Shown: positions 16,917 through 27,900 of the stretch, in pieces
Position numbering within the stretch: the stretch's first letter is position 1
Layout: each line of letters begins with the position of its first letter
Assembly (NCBI GenBank): GCA_045613965.1
Contig: JAZLBY010000065.1
Coordinates: 1-58,279 of the forward strand
Origin: Candidatus Scatovivens sp.
GTDB lineage: Bacteria; Bacillota; Clostridia; TANB77; CAG-508
Direction: 5' to 3'
Length of the DNA stretch: 58,279 nt
Made by a program: the position numbers and the translations under genes
The notes under the pieces: generated by a model
Database searches by the model: none
What the model was told of the DNA's origin: nothing
What the model saw: the letters and a program-made list of their open reading frames with translations, nothing else

Positions 16917-17525
16917 GTGGCAGAATTAACAGGAAAATTTATAGCATCACAAATAATTGTAATTTTTGTATATGTATTTTTATCACTTACATATGTGGTA
17001 AAAGATAGAAAGGCGATAATAGCATTTAGTTTTTTATCTAACTTTTTAAATTCAATAACATTTATTTTATTAGAAGCATATACAAGTTCTGCTATGTGCG
17101 CAATATCAATATTAAGAGATATAATATTTTTGATAGATGAAAAAATTAATGGTAAAAGTAAAGTTATAACTAAAAAAGATATTGTTTTAATTAGTTTTAT
17201 CTATAGTTTATCTTTGATTTCTATAGTAGCAACATATAATGGACCATTATCACTTTTATATGCAGCAGGTTCAATGCTTTATACATATTCAATTTGGCAA
17301 AAGAACACAAAAGTATATAGATTTTTAGGAATACCAGTAACTTTAATAGTTATATTTGATAGTATAAATCTTAAATCAGTATTTGGTGCTATACTTCAAA
17401 TAATTGTCTTATTGGTAACTTGTGCAAGTCTTAAATCAAATAAATCTGAAAAAGAAAATAAAATATATACATTGGCAGAAGTAAATTTACCACTTATGGT
17501 AGATCCAGAACCAATGGCATCATAG
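16917..17525 (+). CDS. YgjV-family inner membrane protein
   Basis: GTG start after RBS aaaggaga. Polytopic, with YgjV-like segments (FSFLSNFLNSITFILLEAYTSSAMCAISILRDIIF). Confidence 0.6.
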   Translation: MAELTGKFIASQIIVIFVYVFLSLTYVVKDRKAIIAFSFLSNFLNSITFILLEAYTSSAMCAISILRDIIFLIDEKINGKSKVITKKDIVLISFIYSLSLISIVATYNGPLSLLYAAGSMLYTYSIWQKNTKVYRFLGIPVTLIVIFDSINLKSVFGAILQIIVLLVTCASLKSNKSEKENKIYTLAEVNLPLMVDPEPMAS

Positions 17526-17530
17526 TTGAT

Positions 17531-17561
17531 AAACCTTCATGTTTATGCATGGAGGTTTTTG
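17531..17561 (+). terminator. intrinsic terminator
   Basis: Stem aaaccttcatg/catggaggttt (one G-U pair) is followed by a T-run. Confidence 0.65.
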
Positions 17562-17628
17562 TTATTTTGTATTGAAAAACAAATCAAAATAATATAATAT
17601 GTAGTTGTTTAAGAAATGGAGTGATTTT

Positions 17629-18300
17629 ATGAAATTAAAATTATTTATAAAAATGATATGTGCATTAGTATTAGGTTTTATAATTGCTGCGCTATTATTA
17701 TTTTTACCAGTTGGAACAATTGATTATCCAAATGCTTGGTTATTTTTAGCATTGCTTTTTATTCCTACAACTGGTGTAGGAATGGTGTTACTTATAAAAG
17801 ATCCAGAGCTACTAGAAAAAAGAATGAACTTAAAAGAAAAACAAAAAACTCAAAAAGGAGTAGTTGGTTTAAGTTCACTAATTTTAGTTGTTGGATTTGT
17901 AATGACAGCACTTGATTTTAAATATGGATGGTCAGAAATGACAAGATGGCAAGTAGTTGAAGCAAGTTTATTGTTTTTGTTTGGGTATGGATTATATATT
18001 GAAGTATTACGAGAAAATAAATATTTATCTAGAACTGTTGAGATACAAGAAGGGCAAAAAATAATTGATACAGGGCTTTATTCTATAGTAAGACATCCAA
18101 TGTATCTTGCTACAATTATGATATTTTTAGCTATGCCTTTAATATTAGGATCTACATATGCACTTTTAGTTTTTATTTTTTATCCATTTTTACTTGCAAA
18201 ACGTATAAAAAATGAAGAAGAAGTTTTAGAAAAAGGTTTAGAAGGATATACAGAATATAAGAAAAAAGTTAAATTTAGATTAATACCATATATTTGGTAG
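17629..18300 (+). CDS. isoprenylcysteine carboxyl methyltransferase (ICMT/PEMT) family membrane methyltransferase
   Basis: The ATG at 17629 follows ggag; the 17605 start in the ORF track is a TTG. C-terminal signature GLYSIVRHPMYLATIMIFLAMPLILGS ... EEEVLEKGLEGY. Confidence 0.75.
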   Translation: MKLKLFIKMICALVLGFIIAALLLFLPVGTIDYPNAWLFLALLFIPTTGVGMVLLIKDPELLEKRMNLKEKQKTQKGVVGLSSLILVVGFVMTALDFKYGWSEMTRWQVVEASLLFLFGYGLYIEVLRENKYLSRTVEIQEGQKIIDTGLYSIVRHPMYLATIMIFLAMPLILGSTYALLVFIFYPFLLAKRIKNEEEVLEKGLEGYTEYKKKVKFRLIPYIW

Positions 18301-18309
18301 GAGGAAAAT

Positions 18310-19152
18310 ATGAAAAAAGGATTAGTGCTTGAAGGTGGCGCGATGAGAGGAATGTATACTAGTGGTGTACTAGATGCATTTTTAGATGAAAAAATAGAAT
18401 TTGATGATATAATTGGGGTTTCGGCAGGAACCCTTTTTGGTGTAAATTTCCTTTCAAAACAAAGAGGAAGAGCTATTAGATATAATAAAAGATTTTCAAA
18501 AAAATTAAATTATATGGGATTATTTTCTTTACTAACGAGTAAAAATATAATTAATAAAAAATTTGCTTTTTACGAAGTCCCATTTAAACTTGATGTGTTT
18601 GATAATGAAGAATATAAAAAATCAAATACTAATTTTTATGCGACAGTTACTAATGTTGAAACAGGCAAGCCAGAGTATATTCTTTTAAAAGATGTTTTTG
18701 AGCAGATGGAACTTTTAAGAGCAACATCTGCAATGCCATTTGTTTCTGAGATTGTTGATATAGATGGCAAGAAGTATTTAGATGGTGGTGTTTCAGATAG
18801 TATTCCATTTGAAAAATGTATTAGTATGGGATGCAATAAAACAGTAGTAGTTTTAACAAGAGATATTAATTATCGTAAGAAACCACATTCTGATAAAATT
18901 CATAAAATGTTCTATAAAAAATATCCTGAATTTATTAAAGTTTCTAGTAGTAGATATAAAACTTATAATGAATCTGTTGAAAAATTAATAGAGCTTGAGG
19001 AAAAAGGTGAAGTGTTTGTAATAAGACCAAGTGAACCTATTGGTATTGGTCGTTTAGAAAAAGATCCTCAAAAATTACAAAGTGTTTATGAATTAGGATT
19101 TAATGACGCTAAAAAGAATATTGAAAAACTTAAAAAATATCTTGAAAAATAA
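18310..19152 (+). CDS. patatin-like phospholipase
   Basis: Oxyanion motif GGAMRGMYTSGVLD, nucleophile GVSAGT, catalytic Asp motif LDGGVSD. Confidence 0.85.
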   Translation: MKKGLVLEGGAMRGMYTSGVLDAFLDEKIEFDDIIGVSAGTLFGVNFLSKQRGRAIRYNKRFSKKLNYMGLFSLLTSKNIINKKFAFYEVPFKLDVFDNEEYKKSNTNFYATVTNVETGKPEYILLKDVFEQMELLRATSAMPFVSEIVDIDGKKYLDGGVSDSIPFEKCISMGCNKTVVVLTRDINYRKKPHSDKIHKMFYKKYPEFIKVSSSRYKTYNESVEKLIELEEKGEVFVIRPSEPIGIGRLEKDPQKLQSVYELGFNDAKKNIEKLKKYLEK

Positions 19153-19218
19153 TGAAAATATAATTATAATATCGTAATGAAATTAAATAATATTTAATTG
19201 ATTTAGGAGGAAAATGTA

Positions 19219-20196
19219 ATGTTAGTACCAATCTTACTTATAGTATTAGGATTTGTATTGTTAATAAAAGGTGCTGATTATTTAGTAGAAGCATCAAGTC
19301 AAATCGCCAAAAGATTTCATATACCAGAAATAGTTATAGGATTAACAATTGTATCAATAGGTACAAGTTTACCAGAACTTTTAGTAAGTATAAACTCTGC
19401 TACAAAAGGTTTTTCTGATATGTCTCTTGGAAATGTAATAGGAAGTAATATTGCAAACTTACTATTAATTTTAGGGGTATCAGCTTCAATTAGAAGACTA
19501 AAATTAAAAAAAGAAACAAGATATATTGAAATACCATTATGTATTGCTTATACATTAATATTTATAGTTCTATGTAATTCAGGAAATGTTATTACAAGAC
19601 CAGAAGCTGTAATTTTATTAGTTTTATTTAATCTTTTTATTGGTTATACTGTTGCAATGGGTATCAAAGGAGAGAAATTTGACTCAGAGCCAGAATTAGA
19701 AAATGCTGATAAAGAACATGATAAAGTACCAAATGATAAACCAGAAACTTTGTTACAAAGTATTTTAAAAATATTAATAGGAATCGTAGCATTAAAATTT
19801 GGTGGAGACTTTATAGTTGATAACTCAATTATCATAGCAGAAGCTTTAAATATAAGTGAAAAAGTAATAAGTTTAACAATTATTGCAATAGGAACAAGCC
19901 TTCCAGAATTAGTAACAAGTGTTGTTGCAGCAATAAGAGGAAATAGTGATATATCAGTTGGAAATATTATAGGGTCAAATATATTTAATATGACTTTTAT
20001 TATTGGTATTGCATCTTTAATAAAACCAATAACTTTTAATATTTCTTATAATACAGATTTAATCATTTGCTTACTAGCGGGAGTACTTCTTTTCTTATTC
20101 CAATATATACCACCAAAAAACATGATGAGCAAAAGAAATGGTGTTATGTATTTAATTTGCTATGTTTTATATATGGTTAAAATGTTTGTTGGATAA
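19219..20196 (+). CDS. CaCA-family cation/Ca2+ exchanger (YrbG-like)
   Basis: Two alpha-repeats, each with GTSLPEL (IGTSLPELLVS, IGTSLPELVTS), separated by a hydrophilic loop. Confidence 0.85.
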   Translation: MLVPILLIVLGFVLLIKGADYLVEASSQIAKRFHIPEIVIGLTIVSIGTSLPELLVSINSATKGFSDMSLGNVIGSNIANLLLILGVSASIRRLKLKKETRYIEIPLCIAYTLIFIVLCNSGNVITRPEAVILLVLFNLFIGYTVAMGIKGEKFDSEPELENADKEHDKVPNDKPETLLQSILKILIGIVALKFGGDFIVDNSIIIAEALNISEKVISLTIIAIGTSLPELVTSVVAAIRGNSDISVGNIIGSNIFNMTFIIGIASLIKPITFNISYNTDLIICLLAGVLLFLFQYIPPKNMMSKRNGVMYLICYVLYMVKMFVG

Positions 20197-20210
20197 ACAA
20201 TTAAGATACA

Positions 20211-20240
20211 AAACTGGAAGAAATTCCAGTTTTATTTTTT
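20211..20240 (+). terminator. intrinsic terminator
   Basis: Stem aaactggaa/ttccagttt is followed by a T-run. Confidence 0.8.
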
Positions 20241-20384
20241 GTTAAAATATAGTTCAAAAAGTATTGATAAAATGATTTGGGATAAATATTAAATTTATGT
20301 TAAAAAAATAAAAAAAACTTGTATAATAGCATGTTTAGATATAAAATATAATGGATAAAAAAGGGATTGTAATCGGAGGAAATA

Positions 20385-23300
20385 ATGTTACAAATTAAAA
20401 ATATTTCAAAACAATTTAAAACTGGTGATTTAGTTCAAGTAGCACTTGATGATGTTAGTTTGAACTTTAGAGATAGTGAATTTGTTTCTATTTTAGGACC
20501 ATCAGGTTCTGGTAAAACAACACTTCTTAATATTATTGGTGGATTAGATAGATATGATAAAGGTGATTTAATAATCAATAATGTTTCTACAAAAAAATAC
20601 AAAGATAGAGACTGGGATTCATATAGAAATCATACAGTTGGTTTTGTTTTCCAAAGTTATAATTTAATACCTCATCAAACAATTCTTGCAAACGTTGAAC
20701 TTGCACTTACTATAAGTGGTATATCAAAAAGAACAAGAAAAAGAAAAGCTTTAGAAGCTTTAGATAAAGTTGGATTAAAAGAACAAGCACATAAAAAACC
20801 AATGCAAATGTCTGGTGGACAAATGCAAAGGGTTGCTATAGCAAGAGCTTTAGTAAATGATCCAGATATTCTATTAGCTGATGAGCCTACAGGTGCTCTT
20901 GATACTGCAACAAGTGTTCAAGTTATGGAATTATTAAAAGAAGTTGCTAAAGATCGTTTAGTAGTAATGGTAACACATAACCCAGAACTTGCAGAACAAT
21001 ATTCAACAAGAATTGTTAAATTAAGAGATGGAAAAATAACAGATGATTCAAATCCTTTTAAAGTAGAGAAAAATTCAAAAGAAAAACCAAAACATAAAAA
21101 CTTAGGTAAATCTTCAATGTCAATGGCAACTGCGTTTACATTAAGTTTAAACAACCTTTTAACTAAAAAGGGTCGTACAATACTTACATCTTTTGCAGGA
21201 TCAATTGGTATAATTGGTATTGCGATGATATTATCGTTATCAACAGGTTTCCAAAATTATATAGATAAAATTCAAGAAGAGACATTAACTTCATATCCAC
21301 TTACAATAGAGTCTGAAACTGCTGATGGAATGTCACTTTTAATGGGACAAATGGCAAAAGATGAAGAGCCTGAAAAGAAGAGTGATAGAAAAGTAGTTGA
21401 AAAACAAAACATTGCTGATATGTTCTCAACTATTGGTAAGAATGATTTAAAAACATTCAAAAAACAATTAGAAGATGATAAAGAAAAAGTAGATGAAATG
21501 GTTGCTCTTACATCATATAGATACGCAGTAGTTCCAACTATATATACTGAAACTGATGATAAAGAACTTTTACAATTAAATCCAAGTGATTTTATATCAT
21601 CATTAATGGGTAGTTCATCAAGTTTAATGGGATCTGGAATTACGATTTTTGGTGAATTGATTAATGATCAAAAAATGATCGAGGAACAATATGAGATAAT
21701 TGAAGGAAAATGGCCTCAAAAATATGATGAGATTATGCTTGTGCTTCCAGATGAGCAATCTGTTTCTGATTTATTACTATATGCTTTAGGATTAAGAGAA
21801 TTAGAAGAACTTGAAGATATGATAGCTCAAATAATGGATGGCGAAAAAGTTGTAAATGACTCTAAACCATTAGAAATTAGTTACGATGAATTAATGAATC
21901 TTGAACTTAAATTAATAGATGCTACAAGTAAATATAAATATAATAGTAAATATAAAATTTATGAAGATATGAGCGATGATGAAACTCATATGAAAGAAGT
22001 TTATGAAAATGGAACTCCACTTAAAGTTGTTGCTATAGTAAAACCAACAACAGCTTCAGGAAGTTTAACATCAGGAGTTTTATATACAAGAGCTTTAACA
22101 GAACATGTAATAAAAGAAGCTGAAAAATCTGAAATAGTACAAAAACAATTAGCAGATAAAAATCTAAATGTATTTAGTGGAAAAAGATTTGATGATGAAG
22201 AAAAATCACCAGGACTTGATTTCCAAGATATGGTATCAATTGATGAAGATGCACTTTCAAAAGCATTTGGTGTAAACATTAGCGAAGATGATATCAAAAA
22301 ATTAACAGAAGGTTATATGGGAGAAATTTCTTCTGCTATAACAACTGATACTGATAAAGCAAAAAAAGCTTTCTTGAATGGTCTAAAAGGATTAACAAAA
22401 AATATATTAACTGAATATGTTTCTAAAAAAGGTGTAGGCGGAATCGCAATGATTAAGCTAAGCGAAGTTGATAAAATTGTTGATGAAGGATTAAATAGTG
22501 ATTCTAATAAAGAAATATTAGCTAAATTAGAAAAAGATTATGTAATACCAGCAGATACATTTAAATCGACAATGTATTCAGAAATGATAAAAGGTATTTT
22601 AAAAGGTTATGTATCTATGGTTGGTGCTGGTGGAATGGGCGGAGGCTCAATGCCAGGTATGCCAGGAGTTGGCGGAGGTTTACCAGGAGGAACTGGAAGT
22701 TCTGGTGGAAATACTAATACCAACACGAATACTAATACAAATACTGGAAACACAGCTGTAGGAAATACATCAACTAATACAAATACAAACACTAATACTA
22801 ATACTAATACATCAGTTCCAGGCGGAGGAGATGTAGGAAGTCTTGGCGGAGGTACATCTATTCCTACTGATTTAACAGCACCAATTGCAGCGGCAACTAT
22901 TGATACTATTGTAGATACTTTAGTGTCTCAAAAAGAAATTGTTGCTGTAGCTGATCAAGTTGGTCCTAAAATGACAGAAGCTGTTATGCAAAAATCAATA
23001 TTAACTAAAGTTGGAGAATTAACAGCTAAGTTAATGGAAAAAATGGCTAATGCATTTAATGTAGATACAGATAAATTTGCAGGAGCATTTAAGTTTGAAA
23101 TGGATGAAGAAGAAATGAAACGTTTATTCCAAGCAATGACTACTGCTACTGTAGAAAATTCATTTACAAATTTAATATCATTAGGATATCAAGATTTAGA
23201 TGAACCAACATCAATTTCATTCTATTTTAAAGATTTTGATTCAAAAGAATTATTCTTAGAATATTTAGATGATTATAATGAAAAAATAGAGAAAGTTGAT

Positions 23301-23771
23301 GAAGAAAAAGTTATTAATTACACAGATATTACAGGTATATTAATGTCTTCTGTAAAAACTATCGTTGATAGTGTAAGTTATGTTTTAATAGCGTTTGTAA
23401 GTATATCACTTATTGTTTCTTCAATAATGATTGGTATTATCACTTATATTTCAGTATTAGAACGTACTAAAGAGATTGGTATATTAAGAGCGATAGGTGC
23501 TTCAAAACGTAATATTTCATCAATATTTAATGCAGAAACATTTATTGTTGGATTGTTCTCTGGTATTATTGGTATAGTTGTTACACTTTTACTTTTAATA
23601 CCAACTAATGCGATAATACATTCGGTTAATGAAGATATAACAGCAGTACTTCCTACAGTGGGAGCTACAGTGCTTGTAATACTAAGCGTTGTGTTAACTT
23701 TAATTGGTGGATTAATACCATCAAAACAAGCTGCTAAGAAAGACCCGGTTTTAGCATTAAGAAGTGAATAG
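20385..23771 (+). CDS. fused ABC transporter ATPase + FtsX/MacB-type permease with a very large extracytoplasmic region
   Basis: Walker A GPSGSGKTT, signature MSGGQMQRVAIARAL, Walker B ILLADEPT. One TM near aa 270, then ~700 aa of extracytoplasmic sequence. C-terminal FtsX motif ERTKEIGILRAIGASKRNI with 3 TM. Confidence 0.85.
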   Translation: MLQIKNISKQFKTGDLVQVALDDVSLNFRDSEFVSILGPSGSGKTTLLNIIGGLDRYDKGDLIINNVSTKKYKDRDWDSYRNHTVGFVFQSYNLIPHQTILANVELALTISGISKRTRKRKALEALDKVGLKEQAHKKPMQMSGGQMQRVAIARALVNDPDILLADEPTGALDTATSVQVMELLKEVAKDRLVVMVTHNPELAEQYSTRIVKLRDGKITDDSNPFKVEKNSKEKPKHKNLGKSSMSMATAFTLSLNNLLTKKGRTILTSFAGSIGIIGIAMILSLSTGFQNYIDKIQEETLTSYPLTIESETADGMSLLMGQMAKDEEPEKKSDRKVVEKQNIADMFSTIGKNDLKTFKKQLEDDKEKVDEMVALTSYRYAVVPTIYTETDDKELLQLNPSDFISSLMGSSSSLMGSGITIFGELINDQKMIEEQYEIIEGKWPQKYDEIMLVLPDEQSVSDLLLYALGLRELEELEDMIAQIMDGEKVVNDSKPLEISYDELMNLELKLIDATSKYKYNSKYKIYEDMSDDETHMKEVYENGTPLKVVAIVKPTTASGSLTSGVLYTRALTEHVIKEAEKSEIVQKQLADKNLNVFSGKRFDDEEKSPGLDFQDMVSIDEDALSKAFGVNISEDDIKKLTEGYMGEISSAITTDTDKAKKAFLNGLKGLTKNILTEYVSKKGVGGIAMIKLSEVDKIVDEGLNSDSNKEILAKLEKDYVIPADTFKSTMYSEMIKGILKGYVSMVGAGGMGGGSMPGMPGVGGGLPGGTGSSGGNTNTNTNTNTNTGNTAVGNTSTNTNTNTNTNTNTSVPGGGDVGSLGGGTSIPTDLTAPIAAATIDTIVDTLVSQKEIVAVADQVGPKMTEAVMQKSILTKVGELTAKLMEKMANAFNVDTDKFAGAFKFEMDEEEMKRLFQAMTTATVENSFTNLISLGYQDLDEPTSISFYFKDFDSKELFLEYLDDYNEKIEKVDEEKVINYTDITGILMSSVKTIVDSVSYVLIAFVSISLIVSSIMIGIITYISVLERTKEIGILRAIGASKRNISSIFNAETFIVGLFSGIIGIVVTLLLLIPTNAIIHSVNEDITAVLPTVGATVLVILSVVLTLIGGLIPSKQAAKKDPVLALRSE
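22710..22812 (+). repeat. in-frame (AAT-ACN)n repeats encoding two (Asn-Thr)6 runs inside a Gly/Pro-rich low-complexity insert (22620-22860)
   Basis: The DNA reads aat act aat acc aac acg aat act aat aca aat act ... act aat aca aat aca aac act aat act aat act aat aca. The protein reads GGNTNTNTNTNTNTGNTAVGNTSTNTNTNTNTNTNTS. Confidence 0.9.
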
Positions 23772-23784
23772 TAAATAAATTGTA

Positions 23785-23812
23785 AAAGAGCAGAGAAATC
23801 TGCTCTTTTTTT
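23785..23812 (+). terminator. intrinsic terminator after the ABC gene
   Basis: Stem agagcag/ctgctct is followed by TTTTTT. Confidence 0.8.
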
Positions 23813-23962
23813 GTTATCAAAAAGACATAAACTTGTAACCTGAGTTTAATTGCTTTTAGTGCTTTTTTGGAATAAAATTATACTGTATAAATGGGTGAAA
23901 AAGCATCCAAAATGTTTTGGATATTTTAGGACCTAGAAATCTTGAAAGAGAAAAGATAAAGA

Positions 23963-24964
23963 ATGCTTAAGAAATTAATGATAACTTTTTGTCTTTTCAT
24001 CTTACTAATTGCAATAAATTCATATGCATCAACTAAAACTTGTTTTGTAATAAAAGATGTAACAAAATCATCAGATTCTGATAAAGTTACAATTAATTTG
24101 AGTTTGGAAAACCCAAATAAGAATATTACAAGTTGGAGTTTAGATGTAAAATATGATCAAACAAAATTAGAATTCGTTAATTCAAGAGCTGGTAAAGATT
24201 TAAGTGCTACTTTTAAATTAGCAGAAAACTTACCAAGCGAAAGTAGAGTTGCGATAGGAGCAGTTAGTTTTACAGGTTTTAAGAAAGCTGGAGATTATTA
24301 TTCTTTAACATTTAGAGTAAAAGATTTATCTGAAGATATACCTTTAGAAATAAATTTAAGAGAAATATCTGATAGTAAGGGTAATCTTATTGATTGTGAA
24401 GTAAAAAATGGGAAAATATTAATTCCTAAAAATAACGATGTTAAGGTAGAGGAAACAAAAGAAGAAAAGAAACAAGTAAAACAAGAGATTTCTAATTTTG
24501 AAAAGAAAGATATTGAATTATTAGAATCAATTGAAAATATTATAATTAGTAATGGTAATATTGAATTATTACCAGAAGATGAATTGATATATGAAATTGA
24601 ACATAACGATATATTAGAAGTTCTTGACGATGGAACAATGATTCCTAAAAAAGATGGAACTACTACTGTTAGAATAAAATTGAATGGAGAAATAATTGGA
24701 ACTGTTCAAATTTATGTTCAAAATGGAATAGTATCAAAAGTATCTAAAGCTAAAAATAAAAAAGATTTTATACCACAAGCAACAACTGATGAAGAAGTTA
24801 AAATTGATAAAGTTGTTGAAGAATATAGACTAAAATATTTAGCTATACAAAAAAGAGAAAAACAAAATGAGTTGCTAGTTGAATTAGTGCTTATTTTGAC
24901 ATCGATAACAATAATACTTAAGATGTTTTTATTTATTAGGAAAAACAGAGGAGGAACAAAATGA
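23963..24964 (+). CDS. membrane-anchored cohesin-domain protein (signal peptide, cohesin-like module, one Big_2-like module, C-terminal TM)
   Basis: Signal peptide MLKKLMITFCLFILLIAINSYAS. Cohesin-like block KVTINLSLENPNKNITSWSLDVKYDQTKLEFVNSRAGKDL...YYSLTFRVKDL. C-terminal TM LVELVLILTSITIILKMFLFI + RKNRGG. The stop overlaps the next start (ATGA). Confidence 0.7.
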   Translation: MLKKLMITFCLFILLIAINSYASTKTCFVIKDVTKSSDSDKVTINLSLENPNKNITSWSLDVKYDQTKLEFVNSRAGKDLSATFKLAENLPSESRVAIGAVSFTGFKKAGDYYSLTFRVKDLSEDIPLEINLREISDSKGNLIDCEVKNGKILIPKNNDVKVEETKEEKKQVKQEISNFEKKDIELLESIENIIISNGNIELLPEDELIYEIEHNDILEVLDDGTMIPKKDGTTTVRIKLNGEIIGTVQIYVQNGIVSKVSKAKNKKDFIPQATTDEEVKIDKVVEEYRLKYLAIQKREKQNELLVELVLILTSITIILKMFLFIRKNRGGTK

Positions 24965-27900
24965 GGATAAGAAGAAAGATAATTGCATCATTATTAATTT
25001 TAGCAATTTTAAGTCCTTTCATACCAAATTTGGTAACACATGCTAGTACACCAATTTTTTCATTACAAGTAAATGGTGTACCAAATGCAACAGCTATTGC
25101 AGATGTTGGTGAAACATTTTCAGTAGATGTAAATTTATCTGAGGGATTAGAAAATCAAAAAATGGTAACAGTAATGCTTGGATTTGATCCTGCTTACGTA
25201 GAACCAGTACCAGATATTGATGATGGGATTGAGAAAAAATTAATTACAGGAAAAAGTCTTAACGCAGATATTGCACCAGGTTATTCTGTTGCAACAGGTT
25301 TAATTGGAACAAACGATGTAATGATGACTTTTGTAACACCAGCAGGTATTGCTAAAAGTGGAAGAGTAGCAACTGTTACATTTAAAGTAATACAACAAGG
25401 TGACACACAAGTTGAAATTACTTCAGCAAGTTATTGTGCAGATCCAGAATCACCTGAAGCTGAATTAAACACACCTGTTATTATCCCAACAGTAAGTTCT
25501 GTAAATTTAAAAAATCCGATTCCAATGACTGGTCTTATAATTCAAACACCATCTATATTAATGAATAAAGGTGGAGGAAAAGTTATAACAGCTGAAAAAC
25601 AACCAGCTAATACAACAAATACTGATAGAATTATATGGACAACAAGTAATTCAGCAGTTGTAACTGTTAATGATGGACACTTAGTAGCCGTAGGACCTGG
25701 AACAGCAACAATTACTGCTAAATGTAGTGGATTTGAAGCAACAGCAGAAGTTGAAGTAAGAAATCCTCTAACTGGAGTAACAGTAAATGAAAATGAATTA
25801 AATTTATCAAAAGGTGATAAATATCAATTAGTTGCAGAAAGAGTACCAGCAGATACTACAAGTACAAGTAGACTTTCATGGGTTTCATTAGATAATAAAG
25901 TTGTAACAGTTGATCAAACAGGATTAGTTACTGCAGTTGGTACTGGTAACACAGAAGTAAAAGTATCATGTGGAGCTTTTTCTAAAACGGTAAAAGTTTC
26001 TGTTACAGCACCACTTCTTGGAATTTCATTCGATTCTGATGATATAGCAATTGATTTAGGAGGAAAGACAAAACTAAATCTAATTAAAGATCCGATTGAT
26101 ACAACAGATACAACACCAACAGAATGGTCTTCAAGTGACGAATCAATAGTAACAGTTGATGAAAATGGTCAAATTGAAGGTATTGCTCATGGTAGAGCAG
26201 TAGTAACTGCTAAAGTAGGTTCTTTTAAAGCAATGATTGCAGTTATTGTTAATGCTCATATCGAATCAATTGAAATTATAAATGATGCTATTGATGAAAA
26301 TAGAAATATAGAATTATATAAAGGTCAATCAACAGAATTATCAGTTGTATTTAAGCCAGATGTTTTTGTGGAAGCAAGAACTATTAAATGGAGTACTAAT
26401 GCTGATAATATTGTAAAAATAGAAAATGGAGTAATCACAGCATTAGCTCCTGGACAAGCAAAAATAAAAGCAGAAACAGTTAATAAAATAACTGATGAAA
26501 TAACTGTTACAGTACCATATGTAAATGCACAAAAATTAGTTATAGATAAAAATGAATTAGCACTTGAAAAAGGAGAGGCTGTTCAATTAAGTGCAACAAT
26601 ATTACCTGAAAATACAACTGATGATAAAACAGTAAAATGGAAATCATTAGATGGTTCAATTGCTAGTGTTGATGAAAACGGAGTTGTTACAGCAAAAGGT
26701 ACTGGATTTACAACAATAGTAGCTTCAGCTGCAGGACTAACAGCAACATGTCCAGTAACAGTAACATGTTCATTGACAGATATTACTTTAAATCATACAG
26801 AAATTTCAGCAGATCTTGGAGTTCCTGTAATAGATGTCTTAAAAGTAACTAAAGTTCCAGTTGATGCAACAATAGATGAATCAGAAACAATTTGGAGATC
26901 ATTAAACGAAACTGTAGCAACAGTTAATAATGGTATTATAACAGCAGTTGGACCTGGTACAGCAGTTATTGAAGCTGAATTAGGTGGAAGAATTGCTAGA
27001 TGTAAAGTTGTTGTAAATGTACAACTTACAGGAGTAGAACTTGAAAATGGTGATACACCATTAGAAATAAAAGTAGGACAAATGTCTAAATTAAATCCTG
27101 TATTTTTACCAGCAAATGTTACAAAAGTTCCTATTCCAGAATGGACAACATCTGATGAGAATATAGTAACAGTTGATAATAAAGGTTTAATAGTAGCCAA
27201 AAGTGAAGGTCAAGCTGAAATAACAGTTGATTATGGAAATGGTATTAAGGCTTCTAGAATTGTAAAAGTATCAAGAGTTCATGCGGATTCAGTAGTTTTC
27301 GATAAAAAGATTGAAACATTAATTAAAGGTGAAGAAGCTGTTCTAGTTGCTAAATTAGTTCCAGAACTAGCTGTAGATGAAATTTCTTGGTCATCAAGTG
27401 ATGAGTCTATTGCAACAGTTGATCAAGCTGGTAACGTAAAAGCAATTAAATCAGGAAAAGTTAAAATTACAGCAACATCTTCTAATGGAAAATCAGCTAC
27501 AATGGAAATTACAGTTAAAGAAGCACAACTTGAATTTGTAACATTAACTTTAGAAAAAACAGAATTAAAAGAAGGCGAAACAACAAAATCAACAGTAACA
27601 TTTAATCCTGAAACAATTACTGATGAGGTTACAATAACATATTCATCATCAAATGAATCAATGGCAACAGTTGATAACTTTGGTGTTGTTACAGCAAAAA
27701 AAGCTGGTGAAGTTATAATCACAGTTGATGTAATTGCAATAAATGATGCTGGTGATGAAAAAGGTTTTTCTTCACTAGTAGATTTAACAATTATAGAAGT
27801 TCCAACAACAGATGGACAAATAGATCCAGATAAAGAACCTACTGGAGATAATGAAGATAAAGATCAAGAATCTGAAGGTGATAAAGAAAATTCAGATACA

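Noticed and set aside
22710-22812. Periodic AAT-ACN hexamer repeats that at first glance resemble a microsatellite or a short repeat array.
   Set aside because: The repeats are in frame inside a 1128-aa ORF. The units are only 6 nt with no spacers, so this is not CRISPR. Synonymous codon variation shows it is a coding low-complexity tract.
25513-27800. Possible recent tandem DNA duplication or assembly collapse in the Big_2 array.
   Set aside because: The nine modules are similar at the motif level only. The nucleotide sequences differ substantially, so these are old diverged domain repeats, not identical DNA repeats.
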